20,000 nucleotides of DNA from an uncultured virus (IMG/VR IMGVR_UViG_3300027782_000070) (Duplodnaviria > Heunggongvirae > Uroviricota > Caudoviricetes). The notes below the pieces were generated by a model that was given only the letters and a program-made list of their open reading frames with translations, had not been told where the DNA came from and searched no databases. This document shows, one piece after another, positions 1-8,075 of the stretch. The translations under genes and the position numbers were made by a program. The number at the start of each line of letters is the position of its first letter. Positions within the stretch are counted from its first letter, which is position 1. Location: IMG/VR virus record IMGVR_UViG_3300027782_000070, one strand, 5' to 3'.

Positions 1-1
1 T

Positions 2-28
2 TTTTTGAGATTCCAATCTGGAATGTAA
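2..28 (+). CDS. uvsY: 3' end of upstream gene, probably recombination mediator UvsY (partial)
   Basis: Frame 2 reads FLRFQSGM-stop (TAA 26-28). This resembles the UvsY C-terminus, and uvsY normally precedes uvsW in T4-like phages. Only 8 codons are visible. Confidence 0.55.
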   Translation, partial: FLRFQSGM

Positions 29-29
29 T

Positions 30-1493
30 ATGTCTGATTTAATCATATCTAAGAAGAATGAAATTTATTTAAAAGTTGAATGTGAATCTCACATAATGTA
101 CGAATTAAGTGATCAATTTACATTTGATGTTCCTGGTGCTAAGTTTATGCCTCAATTTAGAAGCAAGCACTGGGATGGAAAAATACGTCTATTCAACACT
201 CAAACTGGTGAAATTTATATTGGATTATTAGATAAACTTATTTCATTTTGTGATAACCATAATTATAAGTTTGAATTTAAAGAAAACAAATATTATGGTC
301 TTCCTGGTGAAATGGATAATTCTATTTCTATGGAAGGTGTGAAAGATTATATGAAAAGCATATGCTCTCATGAACCCAGAGATTATCAAATCCAAGGTGT
401 TTATGATGCATTAAAATATCAACGTAAACTTTTACTATCTCCTACTGCATCAGGTAAATCTTTAATGATTTATTCTGTAGTCAGATACTTTGTAGAAAGA
501 GGAATGAATGTGCTTCTTGTAGTCCCCACTACATCCCTTGTAGAGCAGATGTATAAAGACTTTGAGGACTATGGATGGAATGCTGAAGAATACTGCCACA
601 GGGTCTATGGTGGCAGTGAGAGGGTCTCGGATAAGCATGTGACCATATCTACATGGCAATCTATCTACAAACTGGATAAGATTTATTTTAAAGACTTTAA
701 TGTGGTGATTGGCGATGAAGCTCATCAATTTAAATCTAAATCATTAATTTCTATTATGTCCAAACTACATGATGCAAAATATAGGTTTGGATTTACTGGA
801 ACATTAGATGGTTCTCAAACCCATAAACTTGTTCTTGAGGGATTGTTTGGTCCAACTTACAAATTAATTAAAACTGATGAACTTATTAAAAAAGGATATC
901 TTTCAAAATTAAACATTAAAGTTCTTCTTCTAAAGCATGAAGGACAAAAGTTTAATGATTATGAAGAAGAAGTTCAGTATTTAATTACCAACAATAGTAG
1001 AAATAAGTTTATTAAAAATCTAACATTAGATTTAAAAGGTAATACTTTGGTTTTATTTAATAGGGTTAGTACCCATGGTGAACCTCTTTATGAACTTATA
1101 AATAAGGATAAGGGTGAAAATAGAAAAGTCTTTTTTATCCATGGTGGAGTGGACACTGAAGAAAGAGAATTAGTCCGAAAAATTACAGAAGAAGAATCTG
1201 ATGCAATTATAGTAGCTTCCTATGGAACTTTTAGCACTGGTATCAATATTAGAAATTTGCATAATATTGTGTTTGCTAGTCCAAGTAAATCAAGAATAAG
1301 GAATCTTCAATCAATAGGTAGAGTTTTAAGAAAAGGTAAAGAAAAAGTATCAGCTACTTTATATGATATTGCTGATGATATTACCTCTAATAGTAAAAGA
1401 AATTACACCCTTAACCACTTAGTAGAAAGAATTAAAATCTATAATGAAGAAAATTTTGATTATGAAATTATTACAATTAACTTAAAAAAATAA
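30..1493 (+). CDS. uvsW: UvsW SF2 DNA helicase
   Basis: Motifs PRDYQ (Q motif), SPTASGKS (Walker A), DEAH, GFTGT (motif III) and QSIGRVLR (motif VI); N-terminal WDGKIRLF is typical of UvsW. Confidence 0.97.
   Translation: MSDLIISKKNEIYLKVECESHIMYELSDQFTFDVPGAKFMPQFRSKHWDGKIRLFNTQTGEIYIGLLDKLISFCDNHNYKFEFKENKYYGLPGEMDNSISMEGVKDYMKSICSHEPRDYQIQGVYDALKYQRKLLLSPTASGKSLMIYSVVRYFVERGMNVLLVVPTTSLVEQMYKDFEDYGWNAEEYCHRVYGGSERVSDKHVTISTWQSIYKLDKIYFKDFNVVIGDEAHQFKSKSLISIMSKLHDAKYRFGFTGTLDGSQTHKLVLEGLFGPTYKLIKTDELIKKGYLSKLNIKVLLLKHEGQKFNDYEEEVQYLITNNSRNKFIKNLTLDLKGNTLVLFNRVSTHGEPLYELINKDKGENRKVFFIHGGVDTEERELVRKITEEESDAIIVASYGTFSTGINIRNLHNIVFASPSKSRIRNLQSIGRVLRKGKEKVSATLYDIADDITSNSKRNYTLNHLVERIKIYNEENFDYEIITINLKK
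1097..1104 (+). promoter_or_regulatory. T4-type late promoter (TATAAATA) inside uvsW
   Basis: Exact match to the gp55 consensus TATAAATA. It could occur by chance in AT-rich DNA. Confidence 0.45.
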
Positions 1494-1870
1494 TGGAACA
1501 AGAATTTTATGCATCAGTTAAATTAGTATCAGGTGAGGAAATATTTGCTGTTGTTTGTCCTACTCATGAAGAAAATAGAACATTACTTATATTAGAAAAT
1601 CCTGTTATTATTGATCCTATGGTATCAAGAAATTCTGGTATTGTTGGATATAAAGTAAAATCTTGGATGAAAATTCCTAATGATGATATCTTTATTATTG
1701 ACATGAATAAAGTTATTACTATGACAGAAATTCATGATGAACAAATCATAGGAATTTATAAAAAATATTTAAATGATTCTTCTCAAGTTAACTTAGAAAA
1801 ATCTATGGGATTTATTTCTAAGGTTGATGATGCCCGTAAGGTACTTGAAAAACTCTATAATAATAATTAA
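1493..1870 (+). CDS. Conserved hypothetical protein between uvsW and gp55 (possible Sm-like beta fold)
   Basis: 125 aa; start overlaps the uvsW stop (TAATG). N-terminal SVKLVSGEEIFA...ENP pattern and position match the gene normally found here in T4-like cyanophages. Confidence 0.8.
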   Translation: MEQEFYASVKLVSGEEIFAVVCPTHEENRTLLILENPVIIDPMVSRNSGIVGYKVKSWMKIPNDDIFIIDMNKVITMTEIHDEQIIGIYKKYLNDSSQVNLEKSMGFISKVDDARKVLEKLYNNN

Positions 1871-1902
1871 GCCTAAACCAATCCTTGAAACCCTACAGAG
1901 TT

Positions 1903-1931
1903 ATTTTACTCAGATATATATAACTTGTCAA
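1903..1931 (-). promoter_or_regulatory. Minus-strand sigma70-type promoter TTGACA-N17-TAAAAT
   Basis: Reverse complement of tgtcaa (1926-1931) is TTGACA; spacer 1909-1925 is 17 nt; reverse complement of atttta (1903-1908) is TAAAAT. Confidence 0.65.
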
Positions 1932-1954
1932 CTCCTTGATAGGGGTGCTATAAT
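1925..1954 (+). promoter_or_regulatory. Sigma70-type early promoter for gp55: TTGTCA-N18-TATAAT with extended -10 TG
   Basis: TTGTCA 1925-1930, TG 1946-1947, TATAAT 1949-1954, in the intergenic gap about 35 nt before the gp55 start. Confidence 0.75.
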
Positions 1955-1989
1955 AAGGAAACCTAATCTTATTATAACAAGTAAATTTA

Positions 1990-2475
1990 ATGCAGATATT
2001 AATGGCTAAAGGAAAAAAAAAATCAGAACACTACGTAAATAACAAGGACTTTTATCAGGCACTGGTTGAGTATAGTAAGAAAGTAAATGAGGCAAAGGAG
2101 CAGGGTCTTCCCAAACCAAGAATTACCAACTATCTTGGGGATTGTTTCTTGCGTATTGCTAACCACTTAGCATACAAACCAAATTTTGTAAATTACATGT
2201 TTAAGGATGATATGATTTGTGATGGTATTGAAAATTGTGTTCAATACATTCATAACTTTGATATTGAAAGGACCAATCCATTTGCATACTTTACCCAGAT
2301 TGTTTATTATGCGTTCCTAAGAAGGATTGCTAAAGAAAAGAAACAGTTGGAAATTAAATCAAAGATTATTGAAAGATGTGGATATGATGAAGTATTTACT
2401 GCAGATGTATCCAGTATGGGTGAAAGTTATTCTAATATGAATGGTATTAAAGATGGTATTAATTATAGATTTTAA
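1990..2475 (+). CDS. gp55: Late-transcription sigma factor gp55
   Basis: Motifs HYVNNKDF, NFVNYMFKDDMICDGIENC and NPFAYFTQIVYYAFLRRIAKEKKQ. Start may be 2002. Confidence 0.96.
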   Translation: MQILMAKGKKKSEHYVNNKDFYQALVEYSKKVNEAKEQGLPKPRITNYLGDCFLRIANHLAYKPNFVNYMFKDDMICDGIENCVQYIHNFDIERTNPFAYFTQIVYYAFLRRIAKEKKQLEIKSKIIERCGYDEVFTADVSSMGESYSNMNGIKDGINYRF

Positions 2476-2477
2476 CA

Positions 2478-3512
2478 ATGCAAGTTGCTATCATTACTGA
2501 TACTCATTACAATTTTAAAAAAGGAAATAAAGTTTTCCATGAGTATTTTGAAAAGTTTTACAAAGAAGTATTTTTTCCAACTTTAAGAAAATACAAGATT
2601 GATACAGTCATCCATATGGGTGATATGTTTGATAATAGAAAATCTACTGATTATTGGAGTATTGATTGGACTAAAAGAGTTATTCTTGAACCTTTAAAAA
2701 AATATAAAGTTCATGTAATCTTAGGTAATCACGATATTTTTTATAAGAATACTACAAAACTCAACAGTCCTATGCTTCTGTTGAATGATTATAAGAACAT
2801 CAAGGTGTACGATAAACCATCTACTGTACAAGTTGGTGGACAAGATTTATTTTTTATTCCCTGGATTACTCCAGAGAGTGAACAGGAAACCCTTGATTCA
2901 ATTAGAAACACCCCTGCAAGGGTTGCTATGGGACATTTAGAACTAAGTGGGTTCTATGTTAATCAAAGCACCATACAGCAGCATGGAATGGACAAGGGAG
3001 CATTAAATAAATTTGATAAGGTATTCTCTGGACACTATCATATGAGAAATGATGATGGTAAAATCTTTTATCTTGGAAATCCTTATCAACTATATTGGTC
3101 TGATTATAATGATAAAAGAGGATTTACTATCTTTGATACAGATACATATGAACTAACAAAGATTGATAATCCATATGAAATGTTTAAAATTTGTTACTAT
3201 GATGAAAATAATGTAGAAGAAGATTTATCTGCTTATGCAGGATGTATTGTAAAGTTAATAGTTAAAAATAAAACAGACCATAAAAAGTATGAAAAGTTTT
3301 TAGATAATCTTAATAAAATAGAACCATATGAACTGAAAATTATTGAAAATATACAAATTAATTCTGACTTTGATGCTGATGATGCAGTTGAAAATGAGGA
3401 TACATTAACGTTACTAAAAAGATATGTTGATGAATCTGAAATTAAGTTAAATAAGAGTAGGATTAAAGATTTGATTCAATCCATTTATAAAGAGTCATTT
3501 CAATTACAATAA
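2478..3512 (+). CDS. gp47: Recombination nuclease subunit gp47 (Mre11/SbcD-like)
   Basis: Metallophosphoesterase motifs DTH, GDMFD, GNHD, GHLE and SGHYH; lies upstream of gp46. Confidence 0.96.
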   Translation: MQVAIITDTHYNFKKGNKVFHEYFEKFYKEVFFPTLRKYKIDTVIHMGDMFDNRKSTDYWSIDWTKRVILEPLKKYKVHVILGNHDIFYKNTTKLNSPMLLLNDYKNIKVYDKPSTVQVGGQDLFFIPWITPESEQETLDSIRNTPARVAMGHLELSGFYVNQSTIQQHGMDKGALNKFDKVFSGHYHMRNDDGKIFYLGNPYQLYWSDYNDKRGFTIFDTDTYELTKIDNPYEMFKICYYDENNVEEDLSAYAGCIVKLIVKNKTDHKKYEKFLDNLNKIEPYELKIIENIQINSDFDADDAVENEDTLTLLKRYVDESEIKLNKSRIKDLIQSIYKESFQLQ

Positions 3513-3778
3513 TGTATATACTAACAGTTGCAGAATATGAGTCTGAAGGAGCATATGCAGTAGAGAATAAATACGGCGAAAAAGTTCTTTATATTTTTGA
3601 AGAGGAAGATGATGCAGTCAGATACCTCAATATGTTGGAAGAGCTTGATTACCCTGATATGGAAGTAACTGAAGTTGATTCTAAAGTTGCTTTTATGGCT
3701 TGTGAGCATTTAAACTACCAATATGCTATAATTACCCAAGATGATATTGTAATTCCACCTGATTATGCTGAAGTTTAA
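3512..3778 (+). CDS. Small acidic hypothetical protein, DUF3110-like
   Basis: 88 aa, overlapping both neighbours. IFEEEDDAVRYLNMLEELDYP resembles the cyanobacterial DUF3110 motif as recalled; family call unverified. Confidence 0.7.
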   Translation: MYILTVAEYESEGAYAVENKYGEKVLYIFEEEDDAVRYLNMLEELDYPDMEVTEVDSKVAFMACEHLNYQYAIITQDDIVIPPDYAEV

Positions 3779-5483
3779 AACTTTAAGATTTAGAAATTTT
3801 TTATCATCTGGGAATCAGTTTACAGAAATTCAATTAGATAAGGCAACTTCTACCCTTATTGTGGGACATAATGGGTCTGGAAAGAGCACGATGCTTGATG
3901 CTCTGACCTTTGTGTTGTTTAATAAACCCTTTAGAAAGATTAGTAAATCTCAATTAGTCAACAGCATTAATGAAAAAGAATGTGTTGTTGAAATAGAATT
4001 TAGTATAGGTAAAGATAATTGGAAGTTGATTAGGGGAATTAAACCTACTATATTTGAAGTTTATAAAAACAAAACACTATTAGACCAACTTGCTTCTGCT
4101 AATGACCAACAGAAATGGTTGGAGCAATCTGTATTAAAACTGAATTACAAATCTTTTACCCAAATTGTGGTTCTTGGGTCATCAAACTTTGTACCATTTA
4201 TGCAACTGTCTTCTCAACATAGAAGAGAAGTTGTAGAAGATTTGCTTGATATTAAAGTATTTTCTTCTATGAATGATATTTCTAAGTTTAAGATTAGGGA
4301 GTTGAAAGATGAGATTAAAGAATATTCTTATAAAAAAGAAAATGTAGAGGATAAAATTGAATCCCAAGAAGGTCTTATTAATGAATTAGAAAAAAGAAAC
4401 TCTGCAGATATAAAAGAAAAGGAAGAAAAGAAACTGTCTATTGAAACTACAGTAGATTGTTTAAATGTTGAAAATTTTAGTATCTTAAATTCTGTTGACA
4501 ATAAACAAAAAAAATTGGAAACTTTTTCAAATTCTTCAAGTAAATTAAAAAAACTTGAAAATCTAAAAGTAAAATTACTTCAAAAGGTATCCAATATTAC
4601 AGAAGATCAAACTTTCTTTAAAGATAATATGGTTTGCCCTACCTGTACTCAAGACCTTGATGAAAAGTTTAGGTTAAATAAAATTGCAGACATAGATAAA
4701 AAATCAACAGAACTTAAGTCTGCTTGTGATGAACTTGAAGAAACTATTCAAGAAGAACAATATAATGAATCTAAATTTTTAGAAATTACTAAGGAAATTA
4801 CTAAACTCAATAATGAAATCAATAGCAACAATATTAAGGTTTCTGAACTTACAAAACAAGTCAAAAATTTACAAGAAGAAATTCAAGGACTTATCTCAAG
4901 AAACAAAAACACAGATACTGAATATGGAAAGTTAATTTCTTTAAGACAAAATTTAGATGATATACAAACAGATATAGCAAAAAGGAAAGAAGAACTTTCA
5001 AACTATGAGTTCATCCATCTCTTATTAAAAGATGATGGAGCAAAAACAAAAATTATTAAAAAATACCTTCCAGTTATTAATCACAATTTAAATAAGTTTC
5101 TTGAAATAATGGAGTTTCCCGTAAACTTTACATTAGATGAAGAATTTAATGAGAAGTCTTTTAATCCAATTTATGAAGACTTCTCATATTCTTCTTTTAG
5201 TGAAGGGGAAAAAATGAGAATAGACTTATCTCTTTTGTTTACTTGGAGGGAAGTTGCTAAACTTAAGAACTCTATTAATACAAATTTATTAATCTTAGAT
5301 GAAGTATTTGATAGCTCTTTGGATGAATCTGGGACAGACTACTTTACTAAAATTATTAAGTATATTATTAGTGATTCTAATACATTTGTAATTTCACATA
5401 AGGTAGATGATTTGTTTGATAAATTTGATAGAACTATTAGATTCCAAAAACAAAAAGGATTTGGAGTTATGGTTGACTCTTGA
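3765..5483 (+). CDS. gp46: Recombination ATPase gp46 (Rad50/SbcC-like)
   Basis: Walker A GHNGSGKS, coiled coil with CPTC zinc hook, signature FSEGEK, Walker B LILDE and H-loop ISH. Confidence 0.97.
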   Translation: MLKFKTLRFRNFLSSGNQFTEIQLDKATSTLIVGHNGSGKSTMLDALTFVLFNKPFRKISKSQLVNSINEKECVVEIEFSIGKDNWKLIRGIKPTIFEVYKNKTLLDQLASANDQQKWLEQSVLKLNYKSFTQIVVLGSSNFVPFMQLSSQHRREVVEDLLDIKVFSSMNDISKFKIRELKDEIKEYSYKKENVEDKIESQEGLINELEKRNSADIKEKEEKKLSIETTVDCLNVENFSILNSVDNKQKKLETFSNSSSKLKKLENLKVKLLQKVSNITEDQTFFKDNMVCPTCTQDLDEKFRLNKIADIDKKSTELKSACDELEETIQEEQYNESKFLEITKEITKLNNEINSNNIKVSELTKQVKNLQEEIQGLISRNKNTDTEYGKLISLRQNLDDIQTDIAKRKEELSNYEFIHLLLKDDGAKTKIIKKYLPVINHNLNKFLEIMEFPVNFTLDEEFNEKSFNPIYEDFSYSSFSEGEKMRIDLSLLFTWREVAKLKNSINTNLLILDEVFDSSLDESGTDYFTKIIKYIISDSNTFVISHKVDDLFDKFDRTIRFQKQKGFGVMVDS

Positions 5484-5501
5484 TTCTTTAAGTGGTAATA
5501 T
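5473..5501 (+). promoter_or_regulatory. Sigma70-type early promoter TTGACT-N17-TAATAT with extended -10 TG
   Basis: TTGACT 5473-5478, TG 5493-5494, TAATAT 5496-5501; spans the gp46 stop, upstream of the clamp/clamp-loader genes. Confidence 0.7.
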
Positions 5502-5522
5502 TGAAGGGTAGAACTGTAATGT

Positions 5523-5864
5523 ATGTTTGAATTTACTATTGATATGACTGACAAAGAAAACCAAAATGGATTTTGGAAGTATGAAGAGGATAAAACTCTA
5601 AAAGAACTTGAGCAATATCTTTCTAGCACATACCATTCCCATTATACATCTGAACAATCTAAAACACAGACGCTTGATTTAATTGAGAGCATTGGAGATG
5701 CTGAACCTTTCACTAGATCTAATGCTATTAAATACCTTTCTCGTTTTGGTAGAAAGGGTGGTAAATCAAAACTTGATATTTTGAAAGCAATTCACTATTG
5801 CATTCTTCTTTATCACTTTGCTGGACTTCATAATGAAACTAAGGGCACCTATGAAACTTTCTGA
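5523..5864 (+). CDS. DUF3310-like conserved phage protein
   Basis: HY...QTLDLIE...SNAIKYLSRFGRKGG...DILKAIHY pattern. Alternative start at 5544. Confidence 0.75.
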   Translation: MFEFTIDMTDKENQNGFWKYEEDKTLKELEQYLSSTYHSHYTSEQSKTQTLDLIESIGDAEPFTRSNAIKYLSRFGRKGGKSKLDILKAIHYCILLYHFAGLHNETKGTYETF

Positions 5865-6516
5865 AAATACAATTAACATCCTGAAGAACTTTTCTTCTAT
5901 CAATCAATCTATTCTTATTAAGTCTGGTTCTAAAATTAGAACTATTTCTGTAATGAAGAATATCTTTGCTGAGGCAGAAGTAGAAGAACAGTTTCCAAAG
6001 GACATCGCAATCTATGATTTGAACCAATTCCTTGGTGGTTTAAGTCTTCACAAAGACCCAGATTTGGATTTTGGTCATGATGCTTACATTACAATTAAAG
6101 AAGGTAAGCGTAGGGTAAAATACTTTTATGCAGATCCTGAGGTGATTGTTTCTCCTCCTGATAAGAATATGGACCTTCCTACACAGGATGTTTGTTTCCA
6201 ATTGGATCATTCTCAACTGAGTCAATTGCTCAAAGCATCTGGGGTTTATGGACTTACTGATTTGTCCGTAATTGGAAATGCTGGAGTTATTCGTTTGGTT
6301 GTAAGAGACAAGAATAATGATACATCTAATGAGTATTCACTTGTAGTTGGTGAAACTGATTTGGAGTTTGTTTTTAACTTTAAGGTTGAAAATGTTAAGA
6401 TTGTTCCTGGTTCTTATGATGTTGTAATTTCTCAAAAGAATGTTGCAAAATTTACTAATGAAAAGTACAATTTAGTTTACTTTGTTGCTTTGGAACCAGA
6501 CTCAACCTTTGGTTGA
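5851..6516 (+). CDS. gp45: Sliding clamp gp45
   Basis: MKLSENTINILKNFSSINQSI N-terminus, IYDLNQFL and YFVALEPDS C-terminus. Start set to ATG 5851 rather than 5818. Confidence 0.96.
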   Translation: MKLSENTINILKNFSSINQSILIKSGSKIRTISVMKNIFAEAEVEEQFPKDIAIYDLNQFLGGLSLHKDPDLDFGHDAYITIKEGKRRVKYFYADPEVIVSPPDKNMDLPTQDVCFQLDHSQLSQLLKASGVYGLTDLSVIGNAGVIRLVVRDKNNDTSNEYSLVVGETDLEFVFNFKVENVKIVPGSYDVVISQKNVAKFTNEKYNLVYFVALEPDSTFG

Positions 6517-6545
6517 TTTTATTATAAACTTGATTGGTTTTAATT

Positions 6546-7490
6546 ATGCGTGATGAATTCTTGTGGGTAGAAAAGTATCGCCCAAAGAAAATTGAAGATT
6601 GTATTCTGACAGAAAACATTAAGAAAACTTTTAATGATTTTTTAACTAAGGGAGAAATTCCAAACTTGCTTCTTTGTGGTCCTCCAGGAGTTGGAAAGAC
6701 CACAGTAGCAAAAGCATTATGTAATGAATTGGGAGTAGATTTTTATGTCATTAATGGATCTGATGAAGGAAGATTTTTGGACACGGTACGGAACCAAGCA
6801 AAAAACTTTGCTTCGACCGTCTCACTTCAAGGAACTGGTAAACATAAAGTCATCATCATTGATGAAGCAGATAACACAGGAAACGACGTACAACTCTTAC
6901 TACGGGCTAATATTGAGACGTTTCATAAGAACTGTAGATTCATTTTTACCTGCAACTACAAAAACAAAATCATTGAACCACTCCACTCCAGATGTGCAGT
7001 TGTTGAGTTTGGAATCAAAGGAAAAGAAAAAGCACAGTTGGCAGGATCCTTCTTCAAGCGTATACAAGACATCTTGGATGCAGAAGGCATCAAATATGAT
7101 CAGAAGGTCCTTGCAGAGTTAATTAACAAGCACTTCCCAGATTGGCGTAGAGTTCTTAATGAATGTCAAAGGTACTCTGTAGGTGGTGAGATAGATAGTG
7201 GAGTTCTTGCATCTTTTTCTGATGTTGCTGTAAATGACCTTATCATTCATCTCAAAAGTAAAAACTTTCCTGAAGTCAGAAAGTGGGTGGTCTCCAACTT
7301 GGACAACGATCCTGGTGTCGTTCTTCGCAGGGTTTATGACTCCTGCTATAATTGTCTTTCACCCCAAACTATCCCTGCTGCCGTTCTTATTATTGCTAAG
7401 TACCAATACCAAATTGCGTTTGTTGCTGACCAGGAGATTAATATCTTAGCTGCATTAACTGAGATTATGGTGGAGTGTGAGTTCAAATGA
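6546..7490 (+). CDS. gp44: Clamp loader large subunit gp44 (AAA+)
   Basis: LWVEKYRP, Walker A GPPGVGKTT, Walker B IIIDEAD and SRC motif. Start set to ATG 6546. Confidence 0.97.
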   Translation: MRDEFLWVEKYRPKKIEDCILTENIKKTFNDFLTKGEIPNLLLCGPPGVGKTTVAKALCNELGVDFYVINGSDEGRFLDTVRNQAKNFASTVSLQGTGKHKVIIIDEADNTGNDVQLLLRANIETFHKNCRFIFTCNYKNKIIEPLHSRCAVVEFGIKGKEKAQLAGSFFKRIQDILDAEGIKYDQKVLAELINKHFPDWRRVLNECQRYSVGGEIDSGVLASFSDVAVNDLIIHLKSKNFPEVRKWVVSNLDNDPGVVLRRVYDSCYNCLSPQTIPAAVLIIAKYQYQIAFVADQEINILAALTEIMVECEFK

Positions 7491-7654
7491 GACCTGAAAC
7501 AAGAGAAGCAATGGAGATGCTTTTTACTGCTAAATGGAATCTACCAAAAGCAGCAGAGCATTGCAATCTTACTCATAAAGAATGTAAGATTGTATTTAAT
7601 GAGTATTGCAATTTTCATCCTAAGACTTATGAAAATAACCCCACTACTAAATAG
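7487..7654 (+). CDS. Small hypothetical protein (55 aa, possible HTH-like), absent from the ORF track
   Basis: ATGA overlap with the gp44 stop. Reads MRPETREAMEMLFTAKWNLPKAAEHCNLTHKECKIVFNEYCNFHPKTYENNPTTK-stop (TAG 7652-7654). Confidence 0.75.
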   Translation: MRPETREAMEMLFTAKWNLPKAAEHCNLTHKECKIVFNEYCNFHPKTYENNPTTK

Positions 7655-7663
7655 AAGTGGAGT
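7638..7663 (+). promoter_or_regulatory. Late promoter (CTAAATA) within a hairpin covering the Shine-Dalgarno of the endonuclease gene
   Basis: CTAAATA at 7647-7653; CCACT (7641-7645) pairs with AGTGG (7656-7660); GGAG at 7659-7662. Confidence 0.55.
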
Positions 7664-7676
7664 AAAGTTAAAGATT

Positions 7677-8075
7677 ATGTCTAAGGGAACTATCTACGAG
7701 CATAAAGAACCAACAGAAACAGAACTTGCCTGGTTGACTGGTATATGGGAAGGTGAAGGATCTTGGACTTACAAGAAAGGAAGAACAAGAACTTTTTCTA
7801 ATGGAAAAACATATACAGAGAAAGATTATGTTTCTATGAGTATGTCTATGACTGACCAGGACATTATGGAGCGAGTTGCTACTATAATGGATGGTAGAAA
7901 AACAACTTATACTGATGGAGGTCCTGCTCACGTAGCAGCAGGACAAAAACCAGTTTATTGTATAAGTCTTCAGGGAGAGGCAGCAAAAAGGTGGACTGAA
8001 TTAATGACACCTTATCTTGGTAACAGGCGCCGAGAAAAGTATAAAATGATTATGGAGAAATTGAATGCCAATTAG
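7677..8075 (+). mobile_element. Free-standing single-motif LAGLIDADG homing-endonuclease-like gene (132 aa)
   Basis: ELAWLTGIWEGEGSW is a LAGLIDADG helix, followed by beta strands, SMTDQDIMERV and a PYL...RREK C-terminus typical of the family. Start set to ATG 7677. Confidence 0.75.

Noticed and set aside
1824..2009. 61-aa + strand ORF across the gp55 upstream region
   Set aside because: Overlaps both neighbours out of frame and covers the promoter region; no recognisable protein features.
2013..2022. A10 homopolymer near the gp55 start as a slippage or phase-variation site
   Set aside because: In frame, encodes a Lys run (GKKKS), and is expected in AT-rich DNA.
5818..5850. Longer starts given by the ORF track for gp45 (5818), gp44 (6534) and the endonuclease (7590)
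   Set aside because: Downstream ATGs at 5851, 6546 and 7677 fit the family N-termini or regulatory signals better.
6745..7449. Alternative-frame + strand ORFs inside gp44 (similar ones in gp43, uvsX and gp41)
   Set aside because: Explained by locally higher GC content giving fewer stop codons; no evidence of overprinting.
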